Shown: positions 35,490-48,756, counted from the first letter of the stretch. The stretch: DNA of 64,000 nt from Blepharisma stoltei ATCC 30299 (GCA_965603825.1 CBFDEM010000032.1:682001-746000), one strand, 5' to 3'. Numbers and translations: made by a program. The notes: a model not told the origin generated them from the sequence alone.

Positions 35490-38400
35490 ATGAAAAGGCC
35501 AAATTGATTGATTTTTCTTTTTCTACTTTTCTTTACAAATGCAGGTTTAATCACTCCAAAAACGCCTAACCCTATTCAATTATCATATAATAATGCTTAC
35601 TCCTATGCAGACTATACTTTTTCTTTTCAAATAGAAACATTATTACCCCCAAGCTCAGTCTTAAAAATAACTTTTCCTCCTTATGCTTACCCCTCTGGTC
35701 TTGGTATCACAAATTGCCAAGCCTTAGACAGCTCAAAAAATTCTTTATCCTGCACAATTTCTCAAACCACTGCAATAATTACTATTGGCGAACTTTCTAA
35801 TACTCCATCTGATAACACCAATACAATCACATTAAAATCAGTAAGAAACCCTTCTAGTCAAGGCTCAACAGGGTATTTTAAGCTAGAAACTTATATAAAC
35901 AACAACCTTTTAGACTATAATGACATTTTTGGATATATTGGAATTGATAGTCAGGCGCCTTATTTTGTGTCAAGTTCTGTAACTTGTACATCAGGCTGTG
36001 CAGCTGGAAGTTCTGGCACTTATGTAGTTTATTTTTCAGCTGGCTTAAAAATCCCTTCATACAGCCGAATAAATATTTATTTTCCTAGCACCTTAACTTT
36101 ATTAAGCTATATACCTTGTACTTCCAGCTTAGGAAATGTCGAGTGCTATTTATCTGGAACTAGCCTTGCTACCATCCAAAATTTAAGCAGTGATATCAAT
36201 GGGAGTGTCAGTATCACATTTACCTCTATACAAAACCCATCAGTATCAGGAGCTGTTGGGAGTTTTTTTATTGACATTTTAGACAGTGCTGTGAATTCTT
36301 TAATTGCTACATCTGGAGCTGTTTCTGGGCCAGTTTTAACTGCTGGACCCATAACTTCTAAAATTTGTCCTGATAATGGAAATCCTCTATGCACTAAACC
36401 TTACGAAAATATTGCTTATTCTACAGCTGCATACCTAAATTCTTATATTTTTACTATCCAAGCTACAACTACTAATAACATCCCATCAGGTGGAGTCATT
36501 ACTATTTCTTTTCCTTCAGCTTTATCTTTGATTTCTGATACTTGTCAAGTATTGTCTGGGCTAACTAATATAGGAAAATTAGAATCCCAACAAGTAACTT
36601 GTATAATATCATCAAATTCTTTAAAAATTAACAATTTCAGAGCTTTTCCTCAAGGGACTTTTTCTTTACAAGCACGTGCCCAGACCCCAGTTTCTCCAGC
36701 TTCTATAGGAACTTTTACAATTTCTACATATACGACTAGTGCTATGACTGTTTTAATTGATCAAATTACTTCTTCAAGTATTTTTATTGATGAGGTTAGT
36801 CCTGCTACCTATTGGGATATTATGTGGTTTGTTGATGGGGCGGGGAATAATGGGTTTAGGATCACTTTTAAGCCGACGACTGCAATTTCGCCTACAAATA
36901 ATCATGCTTTTAAGATTATTTTTCCAGATGAGTATATAATAGGAGGGACTGTGACTGTGAATTTTACACCTGGAGGAGGATCACTTCAGACGCCTACGTT
37001 TACCACAACAAGCAACAGCCTGCTTATATCGATTCCAAATTCTTTATCAATCCCTACAGGACAAAATAATCGGTTAGAAATCACGTCTTCATTAGGAATT
37101 TCTAAGCCAACAACTCCTGGGACTTATTACATAGAAACAATTTTAAAGAGTTCTTCATCAGATCTCTATGATTATTTATACCCAGACACAATTTTGTCAC
37201 CAACTATGAGCTCAATTTCGTTATCTATATTTTCTCTTGACATAAATAAGCAGACAGTCTATGATTTTTCTTTTGTTCCTACCCTAAAAATACCAAAAAG
37301 TGTTGTCCCTTCTTCACTTATGACCACTTGAGGCACTATTGAGCTGCAATTTCCTATGCTAGACTCGGGAAATAACTTATGGTCAACTGATTTAGGAACA
37401 GGGCTATCTACAGGAAGCTTAATCTCTTGTAAAAGTTTATCGGGGATTGTTCCTGCTACGGGGACTGAAATTACTTGTACTCTTACATTAGCTTCTGGTA
37501 CAACTACTACAGATTATGCTAAGATAAGAATTACAAATTTTGAAGAAATTGCTTCAGGAATCACAATAAGGCTCCAAATCGCAGGGATAACAAATATTGC
37601 GACAGACCAGATTACAGCAAAAATTACTATAAATACTTATTCAATTACCCAAAAATTGGAAAAAAAATTAAATTCAGATTTTTTTGTGACACCTACGTTT
37701 TACTATTCAAATGACCCAAATATACCACCACTTAATGGGAAAGGGCCGATTTCTGAAGGCGGGGATGGGACTAATGTGGCGAATTTAAATCCTGCTACAA
37801 TAGGAGAGATGACAGAGTTAAGTTTCCCTATGTGGCTTGAAAATGCTGTTGCAGTAGGAGATACTATGATAATAAAATTACCTTCTCAGCTTATATTAAC
37901 TGACACGGGAATTTTATGCTATATAAATATTAATACAGCCCAGCCTTGCTACTCATATCCTGTAAATTCCTGAATTGTTGTCCAAGGATTTACAATGGCG
38001 CTTTCTTCACAAACTGATTATACTTTTAGCATAAGTGGTCTGCAAAATCCTGGCAAAAAAATTATTTTATCAGGAATCAAAACAGTAACGATCCATTCTA
38101 ATAAAGAATTAGAATATATTAATTATTCAGATTTTTCTGAGCTAGACCCAGGGAGTATTTTAGTATCTGTGACCCCAGATTCTTATTCAGCCAGCAATAT
38201 TGATACTTCTTATACCTGGCTATTCACTCCAGAGCATGATTTATCGGCTGGATCAACAATAGTTTTAGTTTTTCCAAGAAACTGGTATGTGCTGCTTACA
38301 TCTCCATCATTAGAATTCAGTATTTATGGCAGCCTTTTACCAGGTACAGGCGGGTTTACTTATACAGTAAGCTCAGCTACTATAACAATATCGAATTTCC

Positions 38401-41400
38401 AGGACTATGAAGGTGGGAATCCTATTTATGTAAAAATTAATCATATTTTGAATCCTTTGACCTCTGGTCTTACTGATTATTTTACTATATCTACATATTC
38501 AAATGATGGACATTTAATAGACACTAACCAAGAAGTTACAGGCATTTTAATTACCCAGCAAAACCCTATCCAAGCTATCCAGCATCTTGATTTTTATGGA
38601 GACCCATCTAATGGTAACACCATCAGTAGTTATTTAATATCAATAATTTTACCCCGATCTGCCCCTGCCGGTAGCACACTTGACATAGCTTTTCCATCAT
38701 CAAATTTCCCATCGCTACCCACAAGCCCTATTTGTGCACTTTCAGGGGCTTTAACCACTTTTGCTTCCTGCGTCAAAACTTCGTCATCAATCATCACAAT
38801 TACTACAGATGAAACTCTATTGGCAGAAAATATCCCATTAAATATCACTATATATAATGTCAATAGTTTTGCGGCTGGACTTACTTCTGATGCAATTTCT
38901 GTATCAGTTTCTTATTCTGGTGTCATTTATATGGAAAGCCCTGATGGAGGTTCAAATAGACAAACTACTACAGAAGCGGAAATGACTAGTCTTGATATAA
39001 GTTCAGTTTATTTTTCTCCAAAAACAGCGGCTGAAGCTGCTCTTTATAGCTTTGGGATTACTACAACACATATGTGGTATAAAAATTGCACTTTAAATAT
39101 AGAATTCCCTGATAGTTTTCCGAGAAATTTAGGAAATAATCTGAAATGCACAAGTGACAAACTAGGACTTATAAGCTGCTGGGCTAATAAAAACACCTTA
39201 ATTATCCAAGGAACTAAAGACAACTCCCCCTCCGCATTTATTTTGAACGTAACCTACATTACAAACCCAAATATCCAAACTATTATAGGAACTTTTAACG
39301 CCTTCACAAAGTGCGGCCTAAAAATCCTAGACTACGGCACTCTAAGCCTAGGCACTTATATATCTGATTCCCCACAAAGCATGTATATTTCTTCTCTCTC
39401 TTCAGATTCTCTCTATACTCGCTACAATTCCTCCCTAATTTTTACCATATCCACCACTATAAACCAAGTAGGCTCTCCATCAGACCTAATTTTTATTGAT
39501 TTTCCTATAGATTACGACATAAATAACTCCCAGCTTAATTGCAATTCCTCTATGAGTTCTCTAGTCTCCTGCAGTTCCCTAAACAACCGTTTATCTGTGG
39601 CCGCTTATGACAATTCTATTGACAATTCCCAAAAAAAATCATTTACAATTGGTGCAAAAAATATAGAAAATCCTGAAAATATAGGAATTACCCCATATAT
39701 TTCTTTGGCGATTTATAATAGTGGGACTGATAAAGTTATAGCTAGGACAATGCCGAATTTAAATAGGGTGCATTCTTTGTCGTATGAAGAAGGAAATTTT
39801 GAAATAAACATTAATTATGGACTCGGGTGGACTGTAGGAGCAGGGACTGCGACAGATATAATGTACGCAAGTATTGAAAATGGGGCGCCTGCTGAAGTTT
39901 TTATATCAGGGAATTTTACAAATTTAATTAAATTAAGCCCAGATCCTATACATTTTGTACTGGGGGAGGCTGAAAAACCATTTAGAATTTCTTGTGAGCC
40001 TAGCTTATCAGCTGGAAATTATATAATTGGATGGACAATATCAGGGAAGCTTGCAAAATCTACCTATTCTCCTATAAGAAAAAGCGAATTCTCAGTGATC
40101 TCTACAAATTCTGAGACCATTGAAATAGATTCTCTAGGAATAATCCCACTAGGAGGCACCACTTTGCCATTAAAAATTATCTTTAGCCAACCTCCTAGCT
40201 CCAGCCTAGAAATCCACCTTATCCAGCTGGGCAGTTCTCCTACAAACATCACAATTTTGCCTAAAATTCTCGATTTTTCAGTCAACGACACACAAGAAAC
40301 CTTCCAAGTCACAGTTAATGGAAATTCTGAAGGAGACCAAGGGTCAATTTTTGTATATATATCAGGGGCAAATAAAAATACATATACGCTGTCTAATGAT
40401 ATATTGAAATTTATAGTAGGATCTATAGATAATACTGTACCTTTGCTATATGAAAGCTCAATTTATCATATTGACATGAATTCTGCCAATTTTTCAGCAA
40501 GTTTTAGTGAGCCTGTAGTGATTTATTGGATGGTCGCGCTACAAGGGACAGTTACGCCAAGCTTCAATGAGATTAAATATCAAAATGCAGGGTATTATTA
40601 CACGCCACCTATATATGGGACCTATTATAGTTATATAAATGAGACAAATAAATACAGTTATAATTGAAATACGAATGGGCTTACTGCACAGACTCCGTAT
40701 AGCTTGTTTATTTATTATGAAGATCTTGGTGGGAATCATCCGGATTCTGTTAAAATGATAAATTTTACGAGTAGCCAGAGATTTAATATTGCACAATTTT
40801 CGTTGAAGTTTGGGGTAGAGGCTCTTTCAGAGTCAGAAAAAGGGGTTTTGCTTCAGGAAATCAGCACAATTTTGAAAATTCCTCAAAAACTATTAGATTA
40901 TAGGACAGACTATACCCCAGCCTCATACTCTTACAATAATAAAGCTAACTCTGAGGCAGATTTACCTATTTCTACCACCAGCTCAGATGGGCGCTCATTG
41001 AATTCTTATACAGTCATTGATATTTTAATTTTCCCCTACCCAGAAGTTTATTATCAGAATTCCCCATTAATGTACGCTAATTCTTTTAAAGGCCAAGAAA
41101 ACACTTTATTAAGCTCTTTTCCAGCTTTGGATACCAGCTATGGGTTCTATGCTATGGAGTTGATTGGTAATCTTCCTGAATTCACAGGAAAACCAATAAT
41201 AGCACACATGAATAGCTCAAGTGTGACTATAAGTCAAATCAAAACTAAAGAAATGTCAAATACTTATTATTGTTTAGTCGCAAGCAGTACTGCAAAGCCA
41301 TCATCTTGGCAAGTTTATCACGGCTTAAATGCAAAAAATGAGGCATGCTTAATGAATTCTTCATTTATCTGCTCATCATCTGGAGCAAGTGTTACACTAT

Positions 41401-41582
41401 CAAACCTTAGAAGTGGGGTTTACCAAATCTACTTTTCAGCTGCAAATACAATTCAAAGGTATCCAGACCTCTCAGCATCTGTGCTAAATGTCACATTTAC
41501 CCTTATGAAATCTCTTGACGTCTCTGATTTCTCTTCCCTCCTTATTTTCTGCTCTATTTTACTATTAAGCTTAACTTTTTAA
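35490..41582 (+). CDS. Large S/T-rich cell-surface protein (2030 aa) of repeated beta-sandwich modules, probably GPI-anchored
   Basis: Four track ORFs lie in one frame via TGA(Trp). Signal peptide MKRPNWLIFLFLLFFTNAG; recurring Y.F.F...I.FP and I.NP...G....F.I.TY motifs about every 150 aa; hydrophobic C-terminus. Confidence 0.85.
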
Positions 41583-41591
41583 TGCAATATT

Positions 41592-42794
41592 TTAACTATC
41601 GTTATCATTATTCCACTTCGTCCTTTTCCCTTCTTTCCATTCCCCTTCTCTTTTACTCCCATTCGCTGCATAATAAAGACCTCTCCCATGCTGTTTTCCA
41701 TTAAACCATTGTCCTTCATACTTCCTCCCATCAGGTCATACAAAAATTCCAAAGCCTTCTTTTTTATCATCAACATACTCCCCTTCATACTTCCTGCCAT
41801 CACTCCATGTGAAAAGGCCTTTTCCGTTCATTTTATTGTTTTTCCACTCCCCATGGTACATTCTTTTGTCATTCCAGGTATGGGTGCCTATCCCTTCTAT
41901 ATTATTTTCATTAAAATCTCCTTCATATTTACTTCCATCTGCCCATTCGAATTTCCCTTTTCCATGCTTTTTGCCATCTGAGTAGTCTCCTATATAAACA
42001 GCGCCATCAGGCCATGTTTCTTTGCCTTGGCCACATTGTTTGTCTTCAGCCCACATTCCTTCATATCTGGCTCCATCAGAATGAATATATATCCCAAAAC
42101 CATGGGCTTTATCGTCTTTTCATTCTCCGTCATAAACATCTCCATCCGCATGAATAAGCCGTCCTTTTCCATTGGCTTTATCATTTTTTCAGTATCCTTC
42201 ATATTTACTGCCGTCACTCCAAATTTGAATTCCGTACCCATGGCGTTGGTTATTAGTATTCCACTCGCCAGTATAAATTGAGCAATTTTCTATTTCACAA
42301 GGACCTCGCTTTATCTTTGTGGTCGAGTCATTAGGGGTGTTTGTAGTCACAAATGGGCCTAAAATGCTTTCGACTTGACGGGTAGCAATTGTGGAGTAGT
42401 CTGGGACGAGGGATTCTGGAAGCTGCTTAAGATCGGTTCTTATGATAGGGGTGTCAGGCTCAGAATTGTTATAAGAAGTGAGACGATTAAAAGTTTTTTG
42501 CTGCGGCTGGGTTTCTTGCTGGTGAGGTTTGGGTTCAGGCCGTTTTATTTCTATTTGCAGAGTGGTGTAGATAGTTTTGTGGTTTTTTCTGTCAATGTAG
42601 CCTCGGAGGAAACTTTGAAGCTTGATAAGGTCGTCTATGTCGATTTTTGAAGGAAATTTGGATTTAATTAGAGAAATGTCTTGGGATTTGTTGGAAGAGT
42701 TAAGCTTTTTATCTCGCTCACGAGGGCCGCTTTCAAGAGTTACCTGCTGAGCTTCATTGGATTCTTCTTTTAAGCATGAACATTTCGTACCCAT
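41592..42794 (-). CDS. MORN-repeat protein with IQ motif and N-terminal acylation motif (400 aa)
   Basis: MGTKCSC; IQ-like [12 protein letters not shown]; about 9 YEGxWxxxxxxGxG repeats, several with TGA at the Trp position. Stop TAA at 41592. Confidence 0.88.
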
Positions 42795-43052
42795 TTTATA
42801 ATTATAGTATCGGAGATTCAAATTTCCCCAAATATGGTAAGGTCTTGCATTTAAATTAGCAAATCTTAAGCATTATGAAGAATTTTTGAAATGGCTAAAT
42901 CGTAAAGGCAGAAAAATCAACTAGAAAATATTTTTATAAATAATTTATTATTTTTAATGCTATATTGGAATATTCAATAATGGTTTAATTCTAGCTAAAT
43001 AATTATTGGTATTATTTATAAATAGATTGATATTTAATTAAAACGACTAATA

Positions 43053-43490
43053 TTAATTAGAGTTCAAGGCGGCATCCCAATCAGATAAACACAAAGGTCC
43101 TTTATTTGCAACATCCATCCTGCAGGCATTCTTTTTGATATTTCCTTGCAGATCTATGAGCACCAGAGAAGGAATAGTTTGCCCTCTATATCTTTCAATC
43201 AAAGCGGTTCTAATTTCAACTGCTTCATAAGGAATTGCGAGTCATGGCATTTCGTCATAATATTCGTTGAACTTCTCAATAGTGCGATCTTGGCTGACGA
43301 AAACAACTTCAACCTTCCTTTCATCAAAATTGACTGAATCATAAAACATTGCTAGCTTAGGTGTAAATTCTCTGCAGGGTGGACAATAATGCGCAGAGAA
43401 ATACAAAAGAACATACTTTGCCTCATTTAGTGGTGTCATACCAACGTTCCCGCTTTTTCCAATCAATACAGACCCTAATAATCCCTCCAT
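43053..43490 (-). CDS. Nucleoredoxin/tryparedoxin-like thioredoxin (145 aa)
   Basis: LYFSAHYCPPCREFTPKL, EVVFVSQD, EMPW(TGA)LAIPY and IPSLVLID motifs. Confidence 0.9.
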
Positions 43491-43536
43491 TTATATAAAT
43501 AGATTGATAAATAACATATGGAAATAAAATATTCTG

Positions 43537-44583
43537 ATGAAGATAGCCAAACCAATTCTAAGATGGATGAGCTCTTTTAAGCCAGTTTCTATAAGCTATC
43601 AGAATCTATTAGAAAGCTCTAATATAATCAATTTAATAGAAGAAGCATATGGTGAAGATGGGCTTGGGATATTAGAAATTGAAGAAATACCTGATTATCA
43701 CTCAAAAAGGGTAAATTTATTGAAATTTTCTAGGGATTTAGCTTTGCTTCCACAAGAAGAAAAACAAAAAATAACTCTTCCTCATACAAGGGCTGTAGGA
43801 TGAAGTCACGGGATTGAATCTTTTAAAGGGGAGCCAGAACTTAATAAAGCTTCTTTTTATGCAAATCCTTTACAAGATGAAGGATTTTTAGGGACAAGTT
43901 TATATAATGATAACATCTGGCCTGACAATTTGCCTCAGTTTAAGCCAATTTTTAAAGATTTTGGAACTTTGATTGTAAAAATAGCTACAGATTTAGTAAA
44001 ACACATAGACCTTTATATATCAAAAAAATGCCCAGACTATAAAAAAGGAACCCTTGAAGAGGTCTTAAAAACTCATAACAGTCACATAGCAAGACTAATC
44101 CACTATTTTCCACAAGAAAACAGCGATAAGCATTGGTGTGATTGACATAGTGATTTTAGTATTGTGACTGGGCTTACTTGTGCTTTATATCTAGATGAGC
44201 AATCAGGGCAAATTATTGAGGATAATGAAATAAATGATGAAAGAACTGGACTTTTTATTAAAAATAGAAGAGGAGAAGTCATGAAAGCAAATTTGACTGG
44301 GAAAAATTTATACTTCCAAGTAGGAGAAATTTCACAAATTCTCTCAGGCGGCTGACTGAAGCCTACCCCACACTGTGTAATGACAACTGGTCTCCACTAC
44401 GGAATCTCCCGAAACACATTAGCAGTTTTCTGTGAACCACGTCCTGAATTTTTAATGGAAGTCCCAGCTGAGCATTCCAAACTCTTCGAAAAATACGAAG
44501 GAGTGCCTGCGTTATCTGAAAGATGAAAACCAGGCATGACCTATGGCGAATTCAAAGACTCATCCTTTAGGTATTATTCTTAA
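43537..44583 (+). CDS. 2-oxoglutarate/Fe(II)-dependent dioxygenase (IPNS/DIOX-like)
   Basis: VGW(TGA)SHG.E...KASFYANP, RLIHYFP, WCDW(TGA)HSD (HxD), FQVGE..QILSGG..TPHCV and SRNTLAVF motifs. One frame to TAA 44583. Confidence 0.88.
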
Positions 44584-44618
44584 AATTGCTAATTATTTTT
44601 CATAATTATTTTATATGA

Positions 44619-45573
44619 TTATCTAGCTGACGATAGTTTTGCTTTATAATAGTTCGTCACAAAAATAAGCCCTGCTCCTGCAAAAGAAAGGCAGCCTACC
44701 ACAATATAAAGGATCCCTAAAAAGTTCAGTTTTCCACCAAATGCTGAAGAAGTGGTAATTATGATGCTTTTTTCTCCGCTAAAAGAGCTGACATCATAAT
44801 TATTAGTAATTTGCATGCGGTATTTTCCACTGTCTAAGTCATGCTCAATTTTTCCCCAGAGCTTTCTAAATGTTGGGAGGCCTGCAGTGCTCATCCATAC
44901 AATAAAATGTTCTATATAAAAAATTACCGTCTTCTACATCAGTCCATTGTACAGAATCCCAATGTTTATTTCGCTTGAATTTATCATCTTTGTCGACGTC
45001 CCATGCAATTCCATCATGCTTAACTGTAATAGTATTTTTAGGACTATCAGCTGGCGGCATTAATATAAAAGTGTCATTAAAATATGACTTCGCAATTAGC
45101 CCACAAGGGTTGGCGATCTTAATTTCTTTAGACAAATTGGTGATAAGCCCTAAATCTTTCATAGTCACGACAGGCTCACAATAGGAAGAAATATCACTTT
45201 TTGTTTGGTTGTAACCTAACAGTTGATTAATATCGCGAGATTTATTATATTTCCTGTGATTTTGGTACATATTTTTGATTTCATAATATATAAAGATAGG
45301 AGATTCCATGTGATCGGAAATGTCCATTTCTATTATGCAGGTTGACGGGTGCTTCCAGCTAGCTTTGCATTCATTGAGATTGTCGTAGCGCTTGGCAACT
45401 TCGATTACTTCATTAGACTCATATAAAATTACAGCTCCAAAAGTAACAAAAAAGACACCCATGCTAAGATAAATAATCCCAAGCACAGATGAGGATGGGC
45501 TTAGTTTCCAAGCTTTGAGCCGCTGCTGTTTAAAATCTGAGTCTGAAGGCTTATTTGTCTTTTCTTCCTCCAT
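44619..45573 (-). CDS. CDC50: CDC50/LEM3 family P4-ATPase flippase beta subunit
   Basis: FKQQRLKAW, TM1, YQNHRKY..SR, PCGLIA.S.FNDTF; after the 16-nt intron DEHFIVWMSTAGLPTFRKLWG, GGK..FLGI.Y and TM2. Confidence 0.93.
44912..44927 (-). other. 16-nt spliceosomal intron
   Basis: GTAATTTTTTATATAG; removal corrects the frame shift between the two CDC50 ORFs and rebuilds EHFIVWM. Confidence 0.92.
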
Positions 45574-45849
45574 TTATATAGTCTACAGGCATATTAAAAT
45601 TTTCTTTGAATGACAAAGGCTTTTTATTATTCTCCTGTTAATATTTTAAAATGCTAAATTTTATATGAAATATTATTCCAAAGCGTGCTTATTTAATATA
45701 AAGAAAGCCTTTATATAGCAAAAATAATCAAAATTTACTAAAAAATAATCCGGTTTATTATTTGGCTTAATTTACTATTATTAATTAGCATAAACAGATG
45801 CATTAATCTTCAGATGAATACTATGACTATTAAATATCAATTGTAATAA

Positions 45850-48276
45850 ATGTCTGCCAGGAAATTTGCTGATGAAGAATCAGATCAAGAGTCTTCTAAT
45901 GAAGAAGAAGATCGCAAAAAAGCAGTTTTCCGTAGACAGTTCTTTGAGGACAGTTCAGACGAGGAAGAAGACAAAAGAGTAGTTCGATCTCAAAAGGACA
46001 AAAGATGGGAAGCATTAGCCACACATTGTAAAACCATCAAAAACAAGCTAAGGATCCAAGATTACGTATCGATTTTCTCTGAATGGGAAGAATTATGCAA
46101 GCAGATCCAAAAATCCCAAAATATTATTGAGTCAGCTGGTCTTCCAATCTTCTTTGTCCGAACTTTAGTGCGTCTTGAAGATGCCATCTTAAACGTCACA
46201 AAGGAAGCTCAAAAGAAAATGAGCACGACCAACTCCAAAGCCTACACCAAGCTTAAGCTAAACCTCAAAAAATACAACAAAACCTACGAAGAAGACATCG
46301 CAAAATTCCGAGCCAACCCTGAAGAATCTGAAGAGTCTGAAGAATCCGAAGAGTCTGAAGAAAGCGAAGAAGAAAAAGCCAAAGAAAGCGACAGCGAAGA
46401 AAGCGAAGAATGGGGCTCTGGAAGTGACGAAGAAAGCGAAGAAGGGGAAAGAGACCTCTCAGACCCTACCAGCCGCAGAGCATTCTGGACTATCAAGCAG
46501 CCAAAAGAAGGCGCTGAAGAAAAAAAAGAAAAACCAGTAGAAAAACCTCAAGAAAAGCCTAGACCAAGAGTAGTCGAAGAAGTAAAAAAAGAAGAAATAA
46601 AAATTGAATACACTTCAGATGTGATATCAGCTAAGCTGAAAGAACTGATGGACATAAGAGGAAGAAAAGCCGTTAACCCTAAAGAACAAATTGAACATTT
46701 AAAGACATTACTGAGCCATTGTGAAAACACTGACTTAAGGATTCAGATTTTGCAGCTTATTGTGAGACATGAATTTGATTTGACGAAAAATACAGTCTTG
46801 GTGATTATGCCTAGGGAATTGTGGCTTTCTACGATAAACCACCTTAATAGCTTGCTAAATATTTTCAGCCCTGTGAAAGAAGATTTAAAGGATGACCTTG
46901 ATGATATCAAAAAGTCAATTATTCAGGGATTAGCACATAGTGCAGATAGGCTGCATGATGAGTTGCAAAAAGCATTGAAATTGGCTGACCCACAGACGAC
47001 GGAATATATTGAAAGACTTGGAGACCATCTGGCCTTGGATAAGGTTGTTAGAAGAATTTACAAATTTTATGATAAGCTAGAAGACTTTGAAAATGTAGTA
47101 AAAATGGCTTTAATCCTCATGGAGGAATTTTACTATGTCCATAAAAATCTTTTAGAACAAATGAAGAAAAAATATACAGGGGCTGAAAAAGAGCTATATT
47201 TCCAATGTGAGGACTCTGAAGCTGAATTTTCAAGGTTGGCAGACTTAGTGATCACTCATGGAGACGCAAAGCAAAAAGTAGCTGCTGCTTTAATGCAGGC
47301 TTACAGGTTGGCTTTACATTCAAATTTCACTGATGCTAAAAATCTATTCTTAAAAACAGATTTCAATGAAAAAGTCTTATCAGAACCAAACATCCAAGTC
47401 CTCTACAACAGAGCACTAGTCCAAATCGGCCTTTCTGCATTCTATAGTGGGCTTATTGAAGCTTCTTTTACAATCCTCAACGAAATCGTATCAACTCACA
47501 GGCTTAAAGACCTCCTCGCACAAGCAATTTCAGCAGCCAAAGAAAAAACAGCCCAACAAGAGCGTGATGAAAGAAAAAGACTTGTCCCTTACCACATGCA
47601 TATAAGGACAGATTTAGTCGAAACGGCTTATTTTATATGTGCAATGATCATTGATATTCCTAAAATTGCTCAAAATCCATATGATGCAGACCAGCTTACC
47701 ATTAGTAAATATTTCAAAAAATTATTAGATTATCATCAAAGGCAAGCTTTATCTGGGCCAGCTGAAGGACTTAGAGATTATATTTTGGAAGCTGCTTTAG
47801 AGTTGAGAAAAGGAAAGTGGAAAGAATCAATTCAGCAGCTAAATAAGCTTGACAGCTGGAAATGGATGCCGGATCATGAAAGTGTAAAAAGCAGAATTTT
47901 TTCACGGGTAAAAGAAAGCGCATTGATTACTTATATTTTGACTTATGGAGATAATTATGAGTCTTTCAGCAAAACTCAGCTGTCAAAGAAGTTTGACTTA
48001 TCTGAGGACGAAATCGTGAATATAATCACCAATGCGATTTCTAACTGTGGATTGCAAGCAGGATGGGAAGGAGAAGTCTTGACTCTTCATTTCAATAAGC
48101 AACAAGAAACAGAATATCTAGCTGAACAAATTAAAGAAAAAGCAAAAGAGCTCAAAGAAATCAATGAAAAATTGCAAGAGTTCCAAGGGTTTATAACTCA
48201 AGCAACCCAAGAAATGACGGTGAGGAAGCAGCAACAGCCTACAATTAAGAAAAAGAAAGTTTTTAGTGGAAAATAA
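45850..48276 (+). CDS. EIF3C: Translation initiation factor eIF3 subunit c (NIP1)
   Basis: KRVVRSQKDKRW, acidic tracts, RGRK, QVLYNRALVQIGLSAF, LLAQ, VPYHMHI and GPAE..RDYI motifs, plus C-terminal PCI domain. Confidence 0.93.
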   Translation: MSARKFADEESDQESSNEEEDRKKAVFRRQFFEDSSDEEEDKRVVRSQKDKRWEALATHCKTIKNKLRIQDYVSIFSEWEELCKQIQKSQNIIESAGLPIFFVRTLVRLEDAILNVTKEAQKKMSTTNSKAYTKLKLNLKKYNKTYEEDIAKFRANPEESEESEESEESEESEEEKAKESDSEESEEWGSGSDEESEEGERDLSDPTSRRAFWTIKQPKEGAEEKKEKPVEKPQEKPRPRVVEEVKKEEIKIEYTSDVISAKLKELMDIRGRKAVNPKEQIEHLKTLLSHCENTDLRIQILQLIVRHEFDLTKNTVLVIMPRELWLSTINHLNSLLNIFSPVKEDLKDDLDDIKKSIIQGLAHSADRLHDELQKALKLADPQTTEYIERLGDHLALDKVVRRIYKFYDKLEDFENVVKMALILMEEFYYVHKNLLEQMKKKYTGAEKELYFQCEDSEAEFSRLADLVITHGDAKQKVAAALMQAYRLALHSNFTDAKNLFLKTDFNEKVLSEPNIQVLYNRALVQIGLSAFYSGLIEASFTILNEIVSTHRLKDLLAQAISAAKEKTAQQERDERKRLVPYHMHIRTDLVETAYFICAMIIDIPKIAQNPYDADQLTISKYFKKLLDYHQRQALSGPAEGLRDYILEAALELRKGKWKESIQQLNKLDSWKWMPDHESVKSRIFSRVKESALITYILTYGDNYESFSKTQLSKKFDLSEDEIVNIITNAISNCGLQAGWEGEVLTLHFNKQQETEYLAEQIKEKAKELKEINEKLQEFQGFITQATQEMTVRKQQQPTIKKKKVFSGK

Positions 48277-48756
48277 ATAAATAGGCAGTTAGTCATATAT
48301 TTCTTAGTTATTGATATTAAATCATTAAAAATTATATTATACTATTAAATACATACTTGCCTTAAAAATAAAAAATATAATATTCAAAACTAATAATATT
48401 TTAAGTGCGATAGATGGAATTATTATTGATCTGTGCCTATCCAAGGGCTCTATTCATGTAGATTTAAAATATCTTACCTTCTGACTGTCTTTAGCCAAAT
48501 ATAATAGCTAAGAAATAGGAATTTGGCCTACATCTCTAGCTATATTTTATTTAGAAACAAATCAGAGCAAGAATAATTAGCAAAAGGATAATAATATTAT
48601 TCTTATTGTAGATTCACGTAAGGATAACTACTAGATTTGTTTTAGAAAGTTATTCAAAATTTCACTAATATTTCTTTAATTAAACTCGGCTTACCTAAGT
48701 ACATATTTATTAATTCTAGTCATTTTTTAATGAATAATTTATCCTTATTTAGGTTT

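Noticed and set aside
41579-41803. Track ORF suggesting stop-codon overlap with the surface-protein gene
   Set aside because: It is an alternative-frame shadow of the MORN gene, whose real stop is at 41592.
43242-43244. TGA in a thioredoxin-family gene as selenocysteine
   Set aside because: It falls at the conserved MPW tryptophan, not in the CxxC active site.
46321-46446. GAAGARTCY-type short tandem repeats
   Set aside because: They encode the ordinary acidic EES tract of eIF3c.
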